From contig LVZN01000067.1 of assembly GCA_001695645.1 (NCBI GenBank), positions 1-32,000 of the forward strand: DNA of 32,000 bases, read 5' to 3'. Origin of the DNA: Erysipelotrichaceae bacterium MTC7 (GTDB taxonomy: Bacteria > Bacillota_I > Bacilli_A > Erysipelotrichales > Erysipelotrichaceae). Both the position numbers and the translations under genes were made by a program. Shown here in pieces: positions 1 through 8,657 of the stretch (position 1 is the stretch's first letter; each line of letters starts with the position of its first letter). A model generated the notes under the pieces. It made no database searches and was not told where the DNA came from. It saw only the letters and a list, made by a program, of their open reading frames with translations.

Positions 1-75
1 AAGTATATCACATTCTCACGCACATTCACGTAAGGCTAATGTTTTATTAAGATATCTCTTAGCTTTATAATACGA

Positions 76-106
76 AAGTCCACTCCAATTGGAGTGAACT
101 TTTTAT
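76..106. terminator. Intrinsic terminator hairpin just downstream of gpmA, possibly bidirectional
   Basis: Stem AAGTCCACTCC / GGAGTGAACTT (one mismatch) with AATT loop at 76-100. T-run follows on the + strand and an A-run precedes it. Ends 3 nt from the gpmA stop at 109-111. Confidence 0.55.
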
Positions 107-108
107 TA

Positions 109-852
109 TTATTTTGCTTTACCTTGGTTGGCAACAGCTTCCATTTTTGCTTTTAAAGCTTCTTGGTCACCCAAATAGTATTTATCAGTAACGTTGAAGT
201 TGTCATCAAATTCATAGACAAGAGGAACACCTGTTGGAATGTTCACGTTGACGATGTCTTCATCAGACATGTGATCTAAATATTTAACAAGCGCACGTAA
301 TGAGTTACCGTGTGCTGCAATTAAAACACGTTTACCTTCTTTCATTTTTGGTAAGATTTCTGATTGGTAGTATGGAATCACGCGTTCAATTGTTGTAGCT
401 AAACTTTCTGTCAATGGTAGTTCCTTTTTATCTTCATTACGGTATTGTTCTTGAAGTGCAGGGTTTCGTGTGTCTGTAGTTTCTAGAGCAGGTGGAGGTG
501 TTCCAAACGAACGACGCCAGATTTTGACTTGATCTTCTCCATATTTTTCTGCTGTTTCTGCTTTGTTCAGTCCTTGCAAGGCTCCATAATGACGTTCGTT
601 TAACTTCCAAGATTTTGTTACAGGTAACCACTCACGATCCAACTCTTCCAAAACGTAGTTTAGGGTATGAATGGCTCTTTTTAAGTATGATGTATAGCAT
701 AAGTCAAAATCATATCCTGCTTCTTTTAGAAGTTTTCCACCGTTTCTTGCTTCTTCTTTTCCAGTTTCAGATAAATCTACATCTGTCCAACCAGTAAATA
801 AGTTTTCTTTGTTCCAAACACTTTCTCCGTGTCGTACCAAGACTAATTTCAT
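109..852 (-). CDS. gpmA: 2,3-bisphosphoglycerate-dependent phosphoglycerate mutase
   Basis: 247 aa. N-terminal [10 protein letters not shown] (RHGE catalytic His motif) and C-terminal [10 protein letters not shown] typical of dPGM. AGGAGG SD 7 nt upstream of the ATG. Confidence 0.95.
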   Translation of the reverse strand: MKLVLVRHGESVWNKENLFTGWTDVDLSETGKEEARNGGKLLKEAGYDFDLCYTSYLKRAIHTLNYVLEELDREWLPVTKSWKLNERHYGALQGLNKAETAEKYGEDQVKIWRRSFGTPPPALETTDTRNPALQEQYRNEDKKELPLTESLATTIERVIPYYQSEILPKMKEGKRVLIAAHGNSLRALVKYLDHMSDEDIVNVNIPTGVPLVYEFDDNFNVTDKYYLGDQEALKAKMEAVANQGKAK

Positions 853-892
853 AAGTACCTCCTATCAAGTTATATACAGTTAACTTTTATAC

Positions 893-921
893 ATTATAAC
901 GTAAATACCAATGTTCATCAA
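893..921 (-). promoter_or_regulatory. Sigma-A type promoter for gpmA
   Basis: On the minus strand: TTGATG (916-921), 17 nt spacer, TATAAT (893-898), about 40 nt upstream of the gpmA start. Confidence 0.55.
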
Positions 922-1049
922 GTAATTCACTTGAGATATTTATGGTTGAAGTTGCACAATACAGAAAAATTACTTGAATGAATTGGAATACTTTTCATGT
1001 CATTTTTTTAAGACACAGTGCTATATTCGCCATCATAATTATCTAAATA

Positions 1050-1058
1050 TGGTATACT
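1050..1058 (+). promoter_or_regulatory. Extended -10 promoter element upstream of dnaE
   Basis: TGgTATACT at 1050-1058. -35 is poor (CCATCA). GAGGTGAGG SD at 1072-1080, then GTG at 1083. Confidence 0.35.
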
Positions 1059-1082
1059 TAAAAGTAAAGAAGAGGTGAGGTT

Positions 1083-4000
1083 GTGAGCGTTCATTTACAT
1101 ACGAGAAGTTGTTATACACTACTTGAAAGTACACTACGTATTCAAGATATCGTTGCATTAGCAAAAGCACAAAACATGGAAGCAGTAGCATTATGCGATC
1201 GTAATGTGATGCATGGAGCCATGGCTTTTTATCGCGCATGTAAAAAAGCGAGTATTAAACCGATTTATGGGCTTGAATTTGAATTGGTTGAAAATGAACA
1301 GCACATTGATTTAATCGCATATGCAAAAAATGATTTAGGATTTCAATCGTTACTTGCTTTATCAACCTACATCAATACAACAAGTAAAGCATTAACACTA
1401 GAAACATTTCAACCATTTGATCGAGATCTTATTGTTTGTACGGCAGGTAATAATGATGACTTGCGACGATTAAACAGTCTTGAAGATAAAAGTGAGCTAG
1501 AGTCGTTATTGCTTTTACTGAAACGTAATTTCTTGGAATTCTATATTGCAATTGCCATGAATGATTCTTTATTTTTACGCAAACAGAATGAAATATTAAA
1601 GAACTTAGCGCGAAAATTAGGGATTGATACGTTTGCTTTATCTAAAATATATTATGCTAACAAAGAAGATTTTGAAGCGTATCAGGTGCTTAACGCCATT
1701 GGTCAACAACGCACAATTTTCGATAAAACATTGAGTGTTGAACAAGATCGATACTTTCGTTCAAGCCAAGAAATGGAAGGGTTATACACTGAAGATGATT
1801 TAGCTAAAGCAGATGCAATAGCAGCGGATTGCAATGTGCATATGCAAATGGAAAAAGCCAACATTCCTGTATTTGAAAATAATAAACAAGTAGACTCTGC
1901 AACGTATCTACGCGAGCTTTGTCGTTTAGGCTTACAAAAACGATTACATAACAAGGTAAGTCTTGCTTATGTAGAACGTTTGCAACATGAGTTGGACGTT
2001 ATTGAACGAATGGGGTTTTCAGATTATTTTTTAATCGTGTATGATTTCGTACGGTATGCAAAAATGAACGATATCTATGTTGGACCTGGAAGAGGTAGTG
2101 CTGCTGGTTCCTTGGTTTCTTATTGTATTGGAATTACCGAGGTGGATCCCTTACGTTATGGACTTCTATTTGAACGTTTCTTAAATCCGGAAAGAATCTC
2201 CATGCCAGATATTGATATCGACTTTCCTGATAATCGTCGTGATGAAGTCATTGCCTATGTTGCAAAGCGCTATGGAAAAGATCGAGTTGCGCATATCACA
2301 ACATTTGGTAGCCTTGGTGCAAAACAGGTTTTACGTGATGTAGGGCGTGTACTAGCGATACCATTGAGTGATGTTGATTTGTTATGTAAAATGGTACCCA
2401 ATGTACTTAAAATCAATTTGGATGCTGTCTATAAGCAAAACAAAAAGTTTGCCCAAGCAATTCAAGCAAAAAAAGAGTTCAAACGGCTATTTTTGATCGC
2501 ACGAAAACTGGAAGGACTACCTCGTCATGCTTCAACACATGCAGGTGGGATTGTTTTAAGCAACAAACCTATATCTTCTGTTTGTCCACTGATTGCGGTC
2601 GAAGATGATTTGTATTCTACACAATATACCATGGAGTATTTGGAAGATCTTGGATTAATTAAAATTGATTTCCTAGGATTACGAAATCTAACAATCATTG
2701 ATGAGGTTGTAAGTCACATCAAAGCACATGGACAAAATCTTGATGTTAAAAGCATTCCGCTAGATGATCCAGAAACCTTTAAACTTTTACAAGCAGTTGA
2801 TACCGTTGGTGTTTTTCAATTGGAAAGTGAAGGGATGAAAAGCTTATTGCATAAGATGCAAGTAAAAAACTTTGAAGAGATTGCAGCAACCATTGCGTTG
2901 TTTCGACCGGGTCCTATGGAAAACATTCCTTTGTATTTAGCCAATCGTCAACATCCTGAAAAAATTGATTATATGGATCCAACATTGCAACCCATTTTAA
3001 AAAATACGTATGGGGTAATGATATACCAGGAACAAATCATGCAAATTACACAAGTCATGGCTGGATTTTCTTTAGGAAAAGCGGATATTCTAAGAAAAGC
3101 CATCTCGAAAAAGATTCCAGGAGAACTTGAAAAATTAGAAAATGACTTCATCGTTGGTTCTGTTAAAAATGGTTATGATGAAAGCCTAGCACATCGTGTA
3201 TACGATTCTATCTTAAAGTTTGCTGGCTATGGATTCAACCGTTCACACTCTATTGCCTATGGTTTGATTGCCTACCAAATGGCATATTTGAAAGCGCGAT
3301 ATCCCTTATCGTTTTTCACATCGCTTTTAAACAGCATGATTGGTGCGGAAACAAAAAGTAGTGAATATATCTTTGAAGCAAAAAAACGAGGGATAAAAAT
3401 ATTACCACCAAGTGTTAATGCATCAACGGCAATGTATGAAATTGAAAATGAATGCATCCGATTCCCATTGTTGGGGATTAAAAATATTGGGCGTGCAAAC
3501 TGTGAAGCCTTACTTCAAGAACGTGCAACCAATGGTGTATATACGGACTTCTTTGACTTTGTGGCACGTATCTCAACGGTGAAATTTTCAAGCAAAGCAA
3601 TTGAGTGCTTGATTGATGCAGGTGCATTGGATGACTTTAATGAAACAAGAGCATCCTTGCGTGCGACTTTGCCAGATGCTTTACGTTACGCCTCACTTGT
3701 GAAAGTCGATGAGGTGGAACAACAACTAGATTTAACCTTGGTATCAAAACCACCAATGGTTGTGATGCGTGACTATTTGGGTGATCGTGCAAGAAAAGAA
3801 AAAGATGTACTTGGCTTCTATTTGAGTGAACATCCAATTACCCAAATTCGTTCAAGGTTTGCCCAAGATGTTAAAGGTTTGATTGAACTAGCAAACTATA
3901 AAGGTTATGTTAAAACCCTTGGTTTTATTGAACATACCAAACAACACCGCACCAAAGGTGGAGATATTATGATGTTTGTAATCATTAGTGATGAAACAAG

Positions 4001-4145
4001 TAAATTCGATTTAGCTGTTTTTCCAAAGGAATATCAAATCTATCAAGATATCTTGGTTCGTGGAAACTATGTATATGTGGAAGGTTTTATTAAAGACCGT
4101 CCATCCATATCGGTAAATAAACTGCAGAAAGTTGAGGCTGAATAA
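1083..4145 (+). CDS. dnaE: DNA polymerase III alpha subunit, DnaE type
   Basis: 1020 aa. N-terminal PHP domain (HLHTRSCYTLLEST), polymerase core (GPGRGSAAGSLVSYCIGIT, PDIDIDF, FNRSHS) and C-terminal OB-fold region. GTG start with SD. Confidence 0.95.
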   Translation: MSVHLHTRSCYTLLESTLRIQDIVALAKAQNMEAVALCDRNVMHGAMAFYRACKKASIKPIYGLEFELVENEQHIDLIAYAKNDLGFQSLLALSTYINTTSKALTLETFQPFDRDLIVCTAGNNDDLRRLNSLEDKSELESLLLLLKRNFLEFYIAIAMNDSLFLRKQNEILKNLARKLGIDTFALSKIYYANKEDFEAYQVLNAIGQQRTIFDKTLSVEQDRYFRSSQEMEGLYTEDDLAKADAIAADCNVHMQMEKANIPVFENNKQVDSATYLRELCRLGLQKRLHNKVSLAYVERLQHELDVIERMGFSDYFLIVYDFVRYAKMNDIYVGPGRGSAAGSLVSYCIGITEVDPLRYGLLFERFLNPERISMPDIDIDFPDNRRDEVIAYVAKRYGKDRVAHITTFGSLGAKQVLRDVGRVLAIPLSDVDLLCKMVPNVLKINLDAVYKQNKKFAQAIQAKKEFKRLFLIARKLEGLPRHASTHAGGIVLSNKPISSVCPLIAVEDDLYSTQYTMEYLEDLGLIKIDFLGLRNLTIIDEVVSHIKAHGQNLDVKSIPLDDPETFKLLQAVDTVGVFQLESEGMKSLLHKMQVKNFEEIAATIALFRPGPMENIPLYLANRQHPEKIDYMDPTLQPILKNTYGVMIYQEQIMQITQVMAGFSLGKADILRKAISKKIPGELEKLENDFIVGSVKNGYDESLAHRVYDSILKFAGYGFNRSHSIAYGLIAYQMAYLKARYPLSFFTSLLNSMIGAETKSSEYIFEAKKRGIKILPPSVNASTAMYEIENECIRFPLLGIKNIGRANCEALLQERATNGVYTDFFDFVARISTVKFSSKAIECLIDAGALDDFNETRASLRATLPDALRYASLVKVDEVEQQLDLTLVSKPPMVVMRDYLGDRARKEKDVLGFYLSEHPITQIRSRFAQDVKGLIELANYKGYVKTLGFIEHTKQHRTKGGDIMMFVIISDETSKFDLAVFPKEYQIYQDILVRGNYVYVEGFIKDRPSISVNKLQKVEAE

Positions 4146-4146
4146 G

Positions 4147-4593
4147 ATGCGTGTTTGTATCATCTATGTTTCCTTTCACCATGGAAACACAAAAAAACTC
4201 GTGGACGCGATTACAACGCGCTACGGATTTGATGCTTTTGAGTTAAAAGAAGCAGAACATGTGGATTTTACAACATATGATGTTGTAGGTTTTGCCTCTG
4301 GTATCTATTATGCAAAAATGAACATTCAATTGACTGATTTTATTGCCACACATCATCATGAAATCAAGAACAGTTTTGCCATGGTAACCTGTGGTATGAA
4401 AAGAAGAAAACAAAAGCAATTTATAACTGATTTTTTCAAGTTATGTGAAATAAACCTACTAGGAATTTATACCTGTCGTGGGTTTGATACCTACGGACCT
4501 TTAAAATATATTGGTGGTATTGCGCGCAAACACCCAAATGCAAGCGATATTCAACAAGCATACAACTTTATCGATACCATCTTGTCTAAGTAG
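4147..4593 (+). CDS. Flavodoxin-family protein (Flavodoxin_5-like)
   Basis: MRVCIIYVSFHHGNTKKLVDAI N-terminus typical of short flavodoxin-like proteins. ATG at 4147 follows the dnaE stop (4143-4145) by 1 nt. The track start at 4132 (TTG) lies inside dnaE and is less likely. Confidence 0.7.
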   Translation: MRVCIIYVSFHHGNTKKLVDAITTRYGFDAFELKEAEHVDFTTYDVVGFASGIYYAKMNIQLTDFIATHHHEIKNSFAMVTCGMKRRKQKQFITDFFKLCEINLLGIYTCRGFDTYGPLKYIGGIARKHPNASDIQQAYNFIDTILSK

Positions 4594-4615
4594 ATTCTAC
4601 TTAGACTTTTCTTTT
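4584..4615 (+). terminator. Intrinsic terminator after the flavodoxin-like gene
   Basis: Perfect 9-bp stem GTCTAAGTA / TACTTAGAC (4584-4592 / 4598-4606), 5-nt loop, then TTTTCTTTT. The stem includes the stop codon. Confidence 0.8.
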
Positions 4616-4631
4616 GGATTTCTTTAGAAAT
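4610..4631 (+). promoter_or_regulatory. Tandem 11-bp direct repeats (candidate response-regulator box) upstream of the carboxypeptidase gene
   Basis: TCTTTTGGATT | TCTTTAGAAAT. The second unit plus the next T (4621-4632) is identical to 5641-5652. Possible TTAGAA-17-TAAGAT promoter overlaps it. Confidence 0.4.
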
Positions 4632-4696
4632 TGTAACGATAGGATTTAAGATTTGTTTTGTACGATAGATGCAGATAAGGAAAAAGGTATGAATAT

Positions 4697-5632
4697 ATGA
4701 GACGAAAAAGAAAAAAGCATCGTTTATTGGTTGTTATAAGTTTCCTGTTTTGTAGCGCACTTGTGACATCGTTGGTGTTTCAACAACTACCACAAAAAAT
4801 CACAAACGCCATTACAAATCACGAATTTGATGGTGATAAGCAAACCCAGCGATTGGAGTTGTTGAACGGTCTACAAAGTTCAAATGCAACTCTTGTGAAG
4901 CTGCATGAAAATGCACCAATGGAAACTAAGGATGGGGATCGTCGGGTGTATCCTGCTTCACTGACAAAAATTATGACCTTACTTGTTGCTTTAGAAGAAA
5001 TTGTTGATTTCCATGAAACGGTGAGAGTACCACCATATATTATGGAATACATAGAAAAGATGAACGCAAGTATGGCAGGCTTTCAAGCAGATGAAGAAGT
5101 CGTTGTATTGGATTTACTTTATGGTTTACAACTGGCATCAGGAGCAGAGTGTGCACTAGCAATCGGTGACTATCTTGCAGGTTCTGAGGAAAACTTTGTT
5201 GCTAAAATGAATGCCAAAGCCAAACAATTGCAACTACATAACACCCATTATACAAATTGTACAGGTTTGGATGATCCTGACCAATATACGTCAGCAAATG
5301 ATGTTGCAACACTCGTACAATACGCTTTGAAAAATCAAGATTTTCGTTTTATTTTTACAAGCTACATGTATCAGACTTCACCGACGAACATGCATCCTGA
5401 AGGTATGTTAATAAGTAGTACACTGTCGAAAAAACTACAAGATATGCAGATTGGAAATGAAAAAATTCTTGGTGGAAAAACCGGAACTACGGATCGAGCA
5501 GGATTATGCTTAGCTTCGTTACTTCGGATAGATGAACAAGAGTATGTACTGGTGACATTGGGTGCACCATACACAGATGCGGATGCAAATGGGAATGTTG
5601 AAGACGCGATTTCGATCGTTGAACGGCTATAA
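4697..5632 (+). CDS. Serine-type D-Ala-D-Ala carboxypeptidase (peptidase S11, low-molecular-weight PBP), N-terminally membrane anchored
   Basis: 311 aa. Basic N-terminus plus a hydrophobic anchor. SxxK motif in YPASLTKIMT and KTG motif in GGKTGTT, in the spacing expected for PBP5/DacA-type enzymes. Confidence 0.85.
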   Translation: MRRKRKKHRLLVVISFLFCSALVTSLVFQQLPQKITNAITNHEFDGDKQTQRLELLNGLQSSNATLVKLHENAPMETKDGDRRVYPASLTKIMTLLVALEEIVDFHETVRVPPYIMEYIEKMNASMAGFQADEEVVVLDLLYGLQLASGAECALAIGDYLAGSEENFVAKMNAKAKQLQLHNTHYTNCTGLDDPDQYTSANDVATLVQYALKNQDFRFIFTSYMYQTSPTNMHPEGMLISSTLSKKLQDMQIGNEKILGGKTGTTDRAGLCLASLLRIDEQEYVLVTLGAPYTDADANGNVEDAISIVERL

Positions 5633-5640
5633 AAAACAAA

Positions 5641-5662
5641 TCTTTAGAAATTCTTAAGAAAA
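5641..5662 (+). promoter_or_regulatory. Tandem 11-bp direct repeats (candidate response-regulator box) upstream of the RR/HK operon
   Basis: TCTTTAGAAAT | TCTTAAGAAAA (9/11 identical to each other). TATAAT at 5692-5697 lies about 30 nt downstream. Confidence 0.4.
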
Positions 5663-5723
5663 GTTTTCTATTAAGTAGTACCATAATCCTTTATAATTAA
5701 GGACAAGAGAAGAGGGTTATGTT

Positions 5724-6413
5724 ATGAAGCACACGGTATTAATCGTTGAGGATGAAAAAGAAATCTCAAATGCGATCGCAATTTACTTAAACAATCAAGG
5801 ATATGATGTTCTACAAGCTGAAAATGGTCAGGTGGGACTGGATATGTTAAAAGAAAACGAAGTATCTTTGGCAATTGTTGATGTCATGATGCCAGTTATG
5901 GATGGCGTGACAATGATTATGAAAGCGCGTGAGAGTTACGATTTACCAATTATTGTACTAAGTGCGAAAAGTGAAGATATTGATAAAATCACCGGATTAA
6001 ACATTGGAGCAGATGATTATGTTACAAAACCGTTTGTACCCATGGAATTGATTGCGAGAGTACAAGCTCAGATCCGTCGTTATTATCGTTATCAAAAACA
6101 AGAAATACAAAAGTTTCATGGATATCAAGTAGGTGGTTTGGAACTACACACAGATACAAAAAACTTTTATGTTGATGGAGATCTTGTCCGACTAACACCA
6201 CTCGAAATGCAAATTATGGAATTGTTTATGAAACATCCAAACGTTGTATTTTCAAGTGAACAAATTTATGAATCGATTTGGAAAGAGGAAGCCATTAGTA
6301 CCGAAACGGTGATGGTTCATATTCGAAACTTACGAGAAAAAATTGAAATCAATCCAAAGGAACCACGGTACATTAAAGTTATTTGGGGAATTGGGTATAA
6401 ATTAGAAAAATAG
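5724..6413 (+). CDS. OmpR/PhoB-family two-component response regulator
   Basis: 229 aa. Receiver domain (ILIVEDE, phospho-acceptor context IVDVMMP, conserved K in TKPF). C-terminal winged-helix (LTPLEMQIMELF, IWGIGYKL). Confidence 0.95.
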   Translation: MKHTVLIVEDEKEISNAIAIYLNNQGYDVLQAENGQVGLDMLKENEVSLAIVDVMMPVMDGVTMIMKARESYDLPIIVLSAKSEDIDKITGLNIGADDYVTKPFVPMELIARVQAQIRRYYRYQKQEIQKFHGYQVGGLELHTDTKNFYVDGDLVRLTPLEMQIMELFMKHPNVVFSSEQIYESIWKEEAISTETVMVHIRNLREKIEINPKEPRYIKVIWGIGYKLEK

Positions 6414-6428
6414 TTGGAGGAACAACCT

Positions 6429-8573
6429 GTGAGAAAAATAAAGATTTTCATCTTTAGTGTGATCATGATCTGTAGTGTGGTGTATGTTGTACAATTACCA
6501 ATCATTGCAGACATGATTGGTAAAGCAAATAATGAAGCAACGGTGATACAAGTTGCAAATCAATTGGTGGGCAGTGAATATTCCTTGAAGGAACAAGTGC
6601 ATCCTAGTGCTTCAGAAACACCAGTTTGGTTAGAGAAAACAAGTGATTTGGAACTGGACGATAAAAAAATCGCAAAGTTTGAGAAACAAATTTTAAATGA
6701 AGAGTTTCGTCGTTTTGAAACCAATTCATTTGTGAAAGTAAAAGCAGTGGATTTACAGACAAATAAGAGTTATACAAACAGTGAAAACTTTACGTTTCCC
6801 AATATTGATCGTATGTCAAAAAAAGACAAAGAAAAGTATACAGTCGTAAAATTGATATATAATGATAAAGGTGAACTTTCTATAGCTGGAGCGTATGTAA
6901 ATGCAGATGTTGAAAATCATCTTACATATACATTTGAAGAAGAAAGACAATACGCACTAAGTGCTCTTTATGATGAAGGAATTGTGCAGGGAATTACGTA
7001 TGATGATGGTGTGTACAACGATTATGAACAAAATTTGATTTATGACAATTATAAACTTAATCCTGTGACAAATTTGGAGATTACTTATGTAATTCCCAAT
7101 GATCTTACGACACAATATCTTAAGGGAAACATTGACATTTATGATAATGAAAAGTGGCATGAAGTAGGATTTTTCAATCGGTATGATGCCAACTCCTCGC
7201 TTTATATCATGGCGGGACTTTTAGTTGGAGCGGTTGTTGGACTTATCATGTTGATGTTACCGATAAAAAAAGTGCGCGAAATACAACCGTATAAAATCAT
7301 TACAAAATTACCAATCGAACCGGTACTTGTTGGTGTATGCTTCATATTCTTTGCGGTACTTGGAATGCTTGGTGAGGTCATCAGAAGTATGCAGGCGGGA
7401 ATCTTAATCAATGGCTTTATATGGGACGGTCGAATTTTGTATTTTGGATTGGTATTTGTGCTTGAAGCTACACTTCTATGGTTATGTTCAATATGCGCAT
7501 TCATCGTGAAATATGCAATTACGAATTTTAAAATATACATTATGCAACAAAGTCTCATGACTCGAATTTTCAAATGGGTCTTTACATTATCCTTTAGTCC
7601 GCGCGGCAGTGTGGCAATCATCTCGTTCTTCTTTGTTAATTTATTCATTGTGATCTTTGGGATTAGTAATTATGGATCTAGGTTAGGTTTAGTCATTGTG
7701 TTATATGTAATCTTCTCAATTGCAATGATTTATGTGTTGAATCGTGCATCAATCAATTATCAAAAGGTTCTCGAGCAAAGTAAAAGTGTATCAGAAGGTA
7801 ACTTTACTAGCGAACCGTTAGGTGACGTCCAACCATTCAACGAAATTAGCAAACAACTTTCAACAATCAATGAAGGATTTAAGTTTGCGGTAGAAGAAGA
7901 AGTGAAATCGCAGAAGATGAAAACGGAATTGATCACCAATGTTTCGCACGATTTAAAAACACCACTAACAGCCATTATTTCTTATGTTGATCTTTTAAAG
8001 AAAGAACCAATGGATCCAACAGTGAAGTCGTATGTGGATGTATTGGACCGGAACTCCAATCGCTTGAAGCGCTTGATTGAAGATCTATTTGAAGTCAGTA
8101 AAGCAGATAGCGGAAATGTAGATTTACAATTGGATAAAATTGATGTTGTTAGTTTGCTTAACCAAACATTAATTGAAACAAAAGATGATAAAAACGATCA
8201 TTTGGATCTACGCGTAACTTGTTCAAGTGAACATATTTATGCAAAATTGGATGCAAACAAAATGTATCGTGTATTTGAAAATCTTCTACACAACATTTAT
8301 AAATATGCGTTACCAAATACTCGTGTGTATATTGATGTTGAAGAAAAAGAACAGGTACAAATTACCTTTAAAAATATCTCGCAACAAGAATTAGATTTTG
8401 ATGCCAATCAATTGACCAATCGTTTTGTGCAAGGTGATGAATCAAGAAATCAAGAAGGCTCAGGACTTGGATTAGCGATTGTGAAAAGTTTTGTTGAATT
8501 ACAAGGTGGAGAAATCAACATCACAGCAGATGGTGATTTATTCAAAGTAGAACTTTCATTTGCAAAGTTCTAA
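6429..8573 (+). CDS. Sensor histidine kinase with a large N-terminal extracytoplasmic domain and a polytopic membrane region
   Basis: H-box ELITNVSHDLKTPLTAI, N-box LLHNIYKYA, G-box EGSGLGLAIV. GGAGG at 6416-6420 is 8 nt from the in-frame GTG at 6429 (preferred start). The track start TTG 6414 directly abuts the RR stop. Confidence 0.9.
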   Translation: MRKIKIFIFSVIMICSVVYVVQLPIIADMIGKANNEATVIQVANQLVGSEYSLKEQVHPSASETPVWLEKTSDLELDDKKIAKFEKQILNEEFRRFETNSFVKVKAVDLQTNKSYTNSENFTFPNIDRMSKKDKEKYTVVKLIYNDKGELSIAGAYVNADVENHLTYTFEEERQYALSALYDEGIVQGITYDDGVYNDYEQNLIYDNYKLNPVTNLEITYVIPNDLTTQYLKGNIDIYDNEKWHEVGFFNRYDANSSLYIMAGLLVGAVVGLIMLMLPIKKVREIQPYKIITKLPIEPVLVGVCFIFFAVLGMLGEVIRSMQAGILINGFIWDGRILYFGLVFVLEATLLWLCSICAFIVKYAITNFKIYIMQQSLMTRIFKWVFTLSFSPRGSVAIISFFFVNLFIVIFGISNYGSRLGLVIVLYVIFSIAMIYVLNRASINYQKVLEQSKSVSEGNFTSEPLGDVQPFNEISKQLSTINEGFKFAVEEEVKSQKMKTELITNVSHDLKTPLTAIISYVDLLKKEPMDPTVKSYVDVLDRNSNRLKRLIEDLFEVSKADSGNVDLQLDKIDVVSLLNQTLIETKDDKNDHLDLRVTCSSEHIYAKLDANKMYRVFENLLHNIYKYALPNTRVYIDVEEKEQVQITFKNISQQELDFDANQLTNRFVQGDESRNQEGSGLGLAIVKSFVELQGGEINITADGDLFKVELSFAKF

Positions 8574-8581
8574 AATGAGGA

Positions 8582-8610
8582 GTGGGGCCGATGGAGGTCC
8601 CACTTTTGTT
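8582..8610 (+). terminator. Intrinsic terminator after the histidine kinase gene
   Basis: GTGGGGCC / GGTCCCAC stem (one G-T pair) with 6-nt loop, followed by TTTTGTT. Confidence 0.8.
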
Positions 8611-8621
8611 ATTGTGTCGAC

Positions 8622-8650
8622 TTGACCAAAAAGCTAGATAAGCATAAACT
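8622..8650 (+). promoter_or_regulatory. Sigma-A type promoter placed immediately upstream of the yoaK-like ATG
   Basis: TTGACC (8622-8627), 17 nt spacer, TAAACT (8645-8650). The ATG at 8658 is 7 nt after the -10. No SD in between. Confidence 0.5.
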
Positions 8651-8657
8651 GTACTTA

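Noticed and set aside
4689-4700. Three-codon mini-ORF (ATG AAT ATA TGA) overlapping the carboxypeptidase start, and a similar ATG TTA TGA at 5719-5727 before the RR gene
   Set aside because: They are too short to argue for leader-peptide regulation. ATG/TGA strings are frequent in AT-rich SD-to-start spacers. No attenuator structure is associated.
7202-7648. 148-aa minus-strand ORF inside the histidine kinase gene, and similar ones at 22972-23415 in phoH and 18699-19085 across glyQS/dnaG
   Set aside because: These are antisense shadows of strongly supported genes. They arise because AT-rich coding strands have few stop codons in the reverse frame. No motifs or translation signals were seen.
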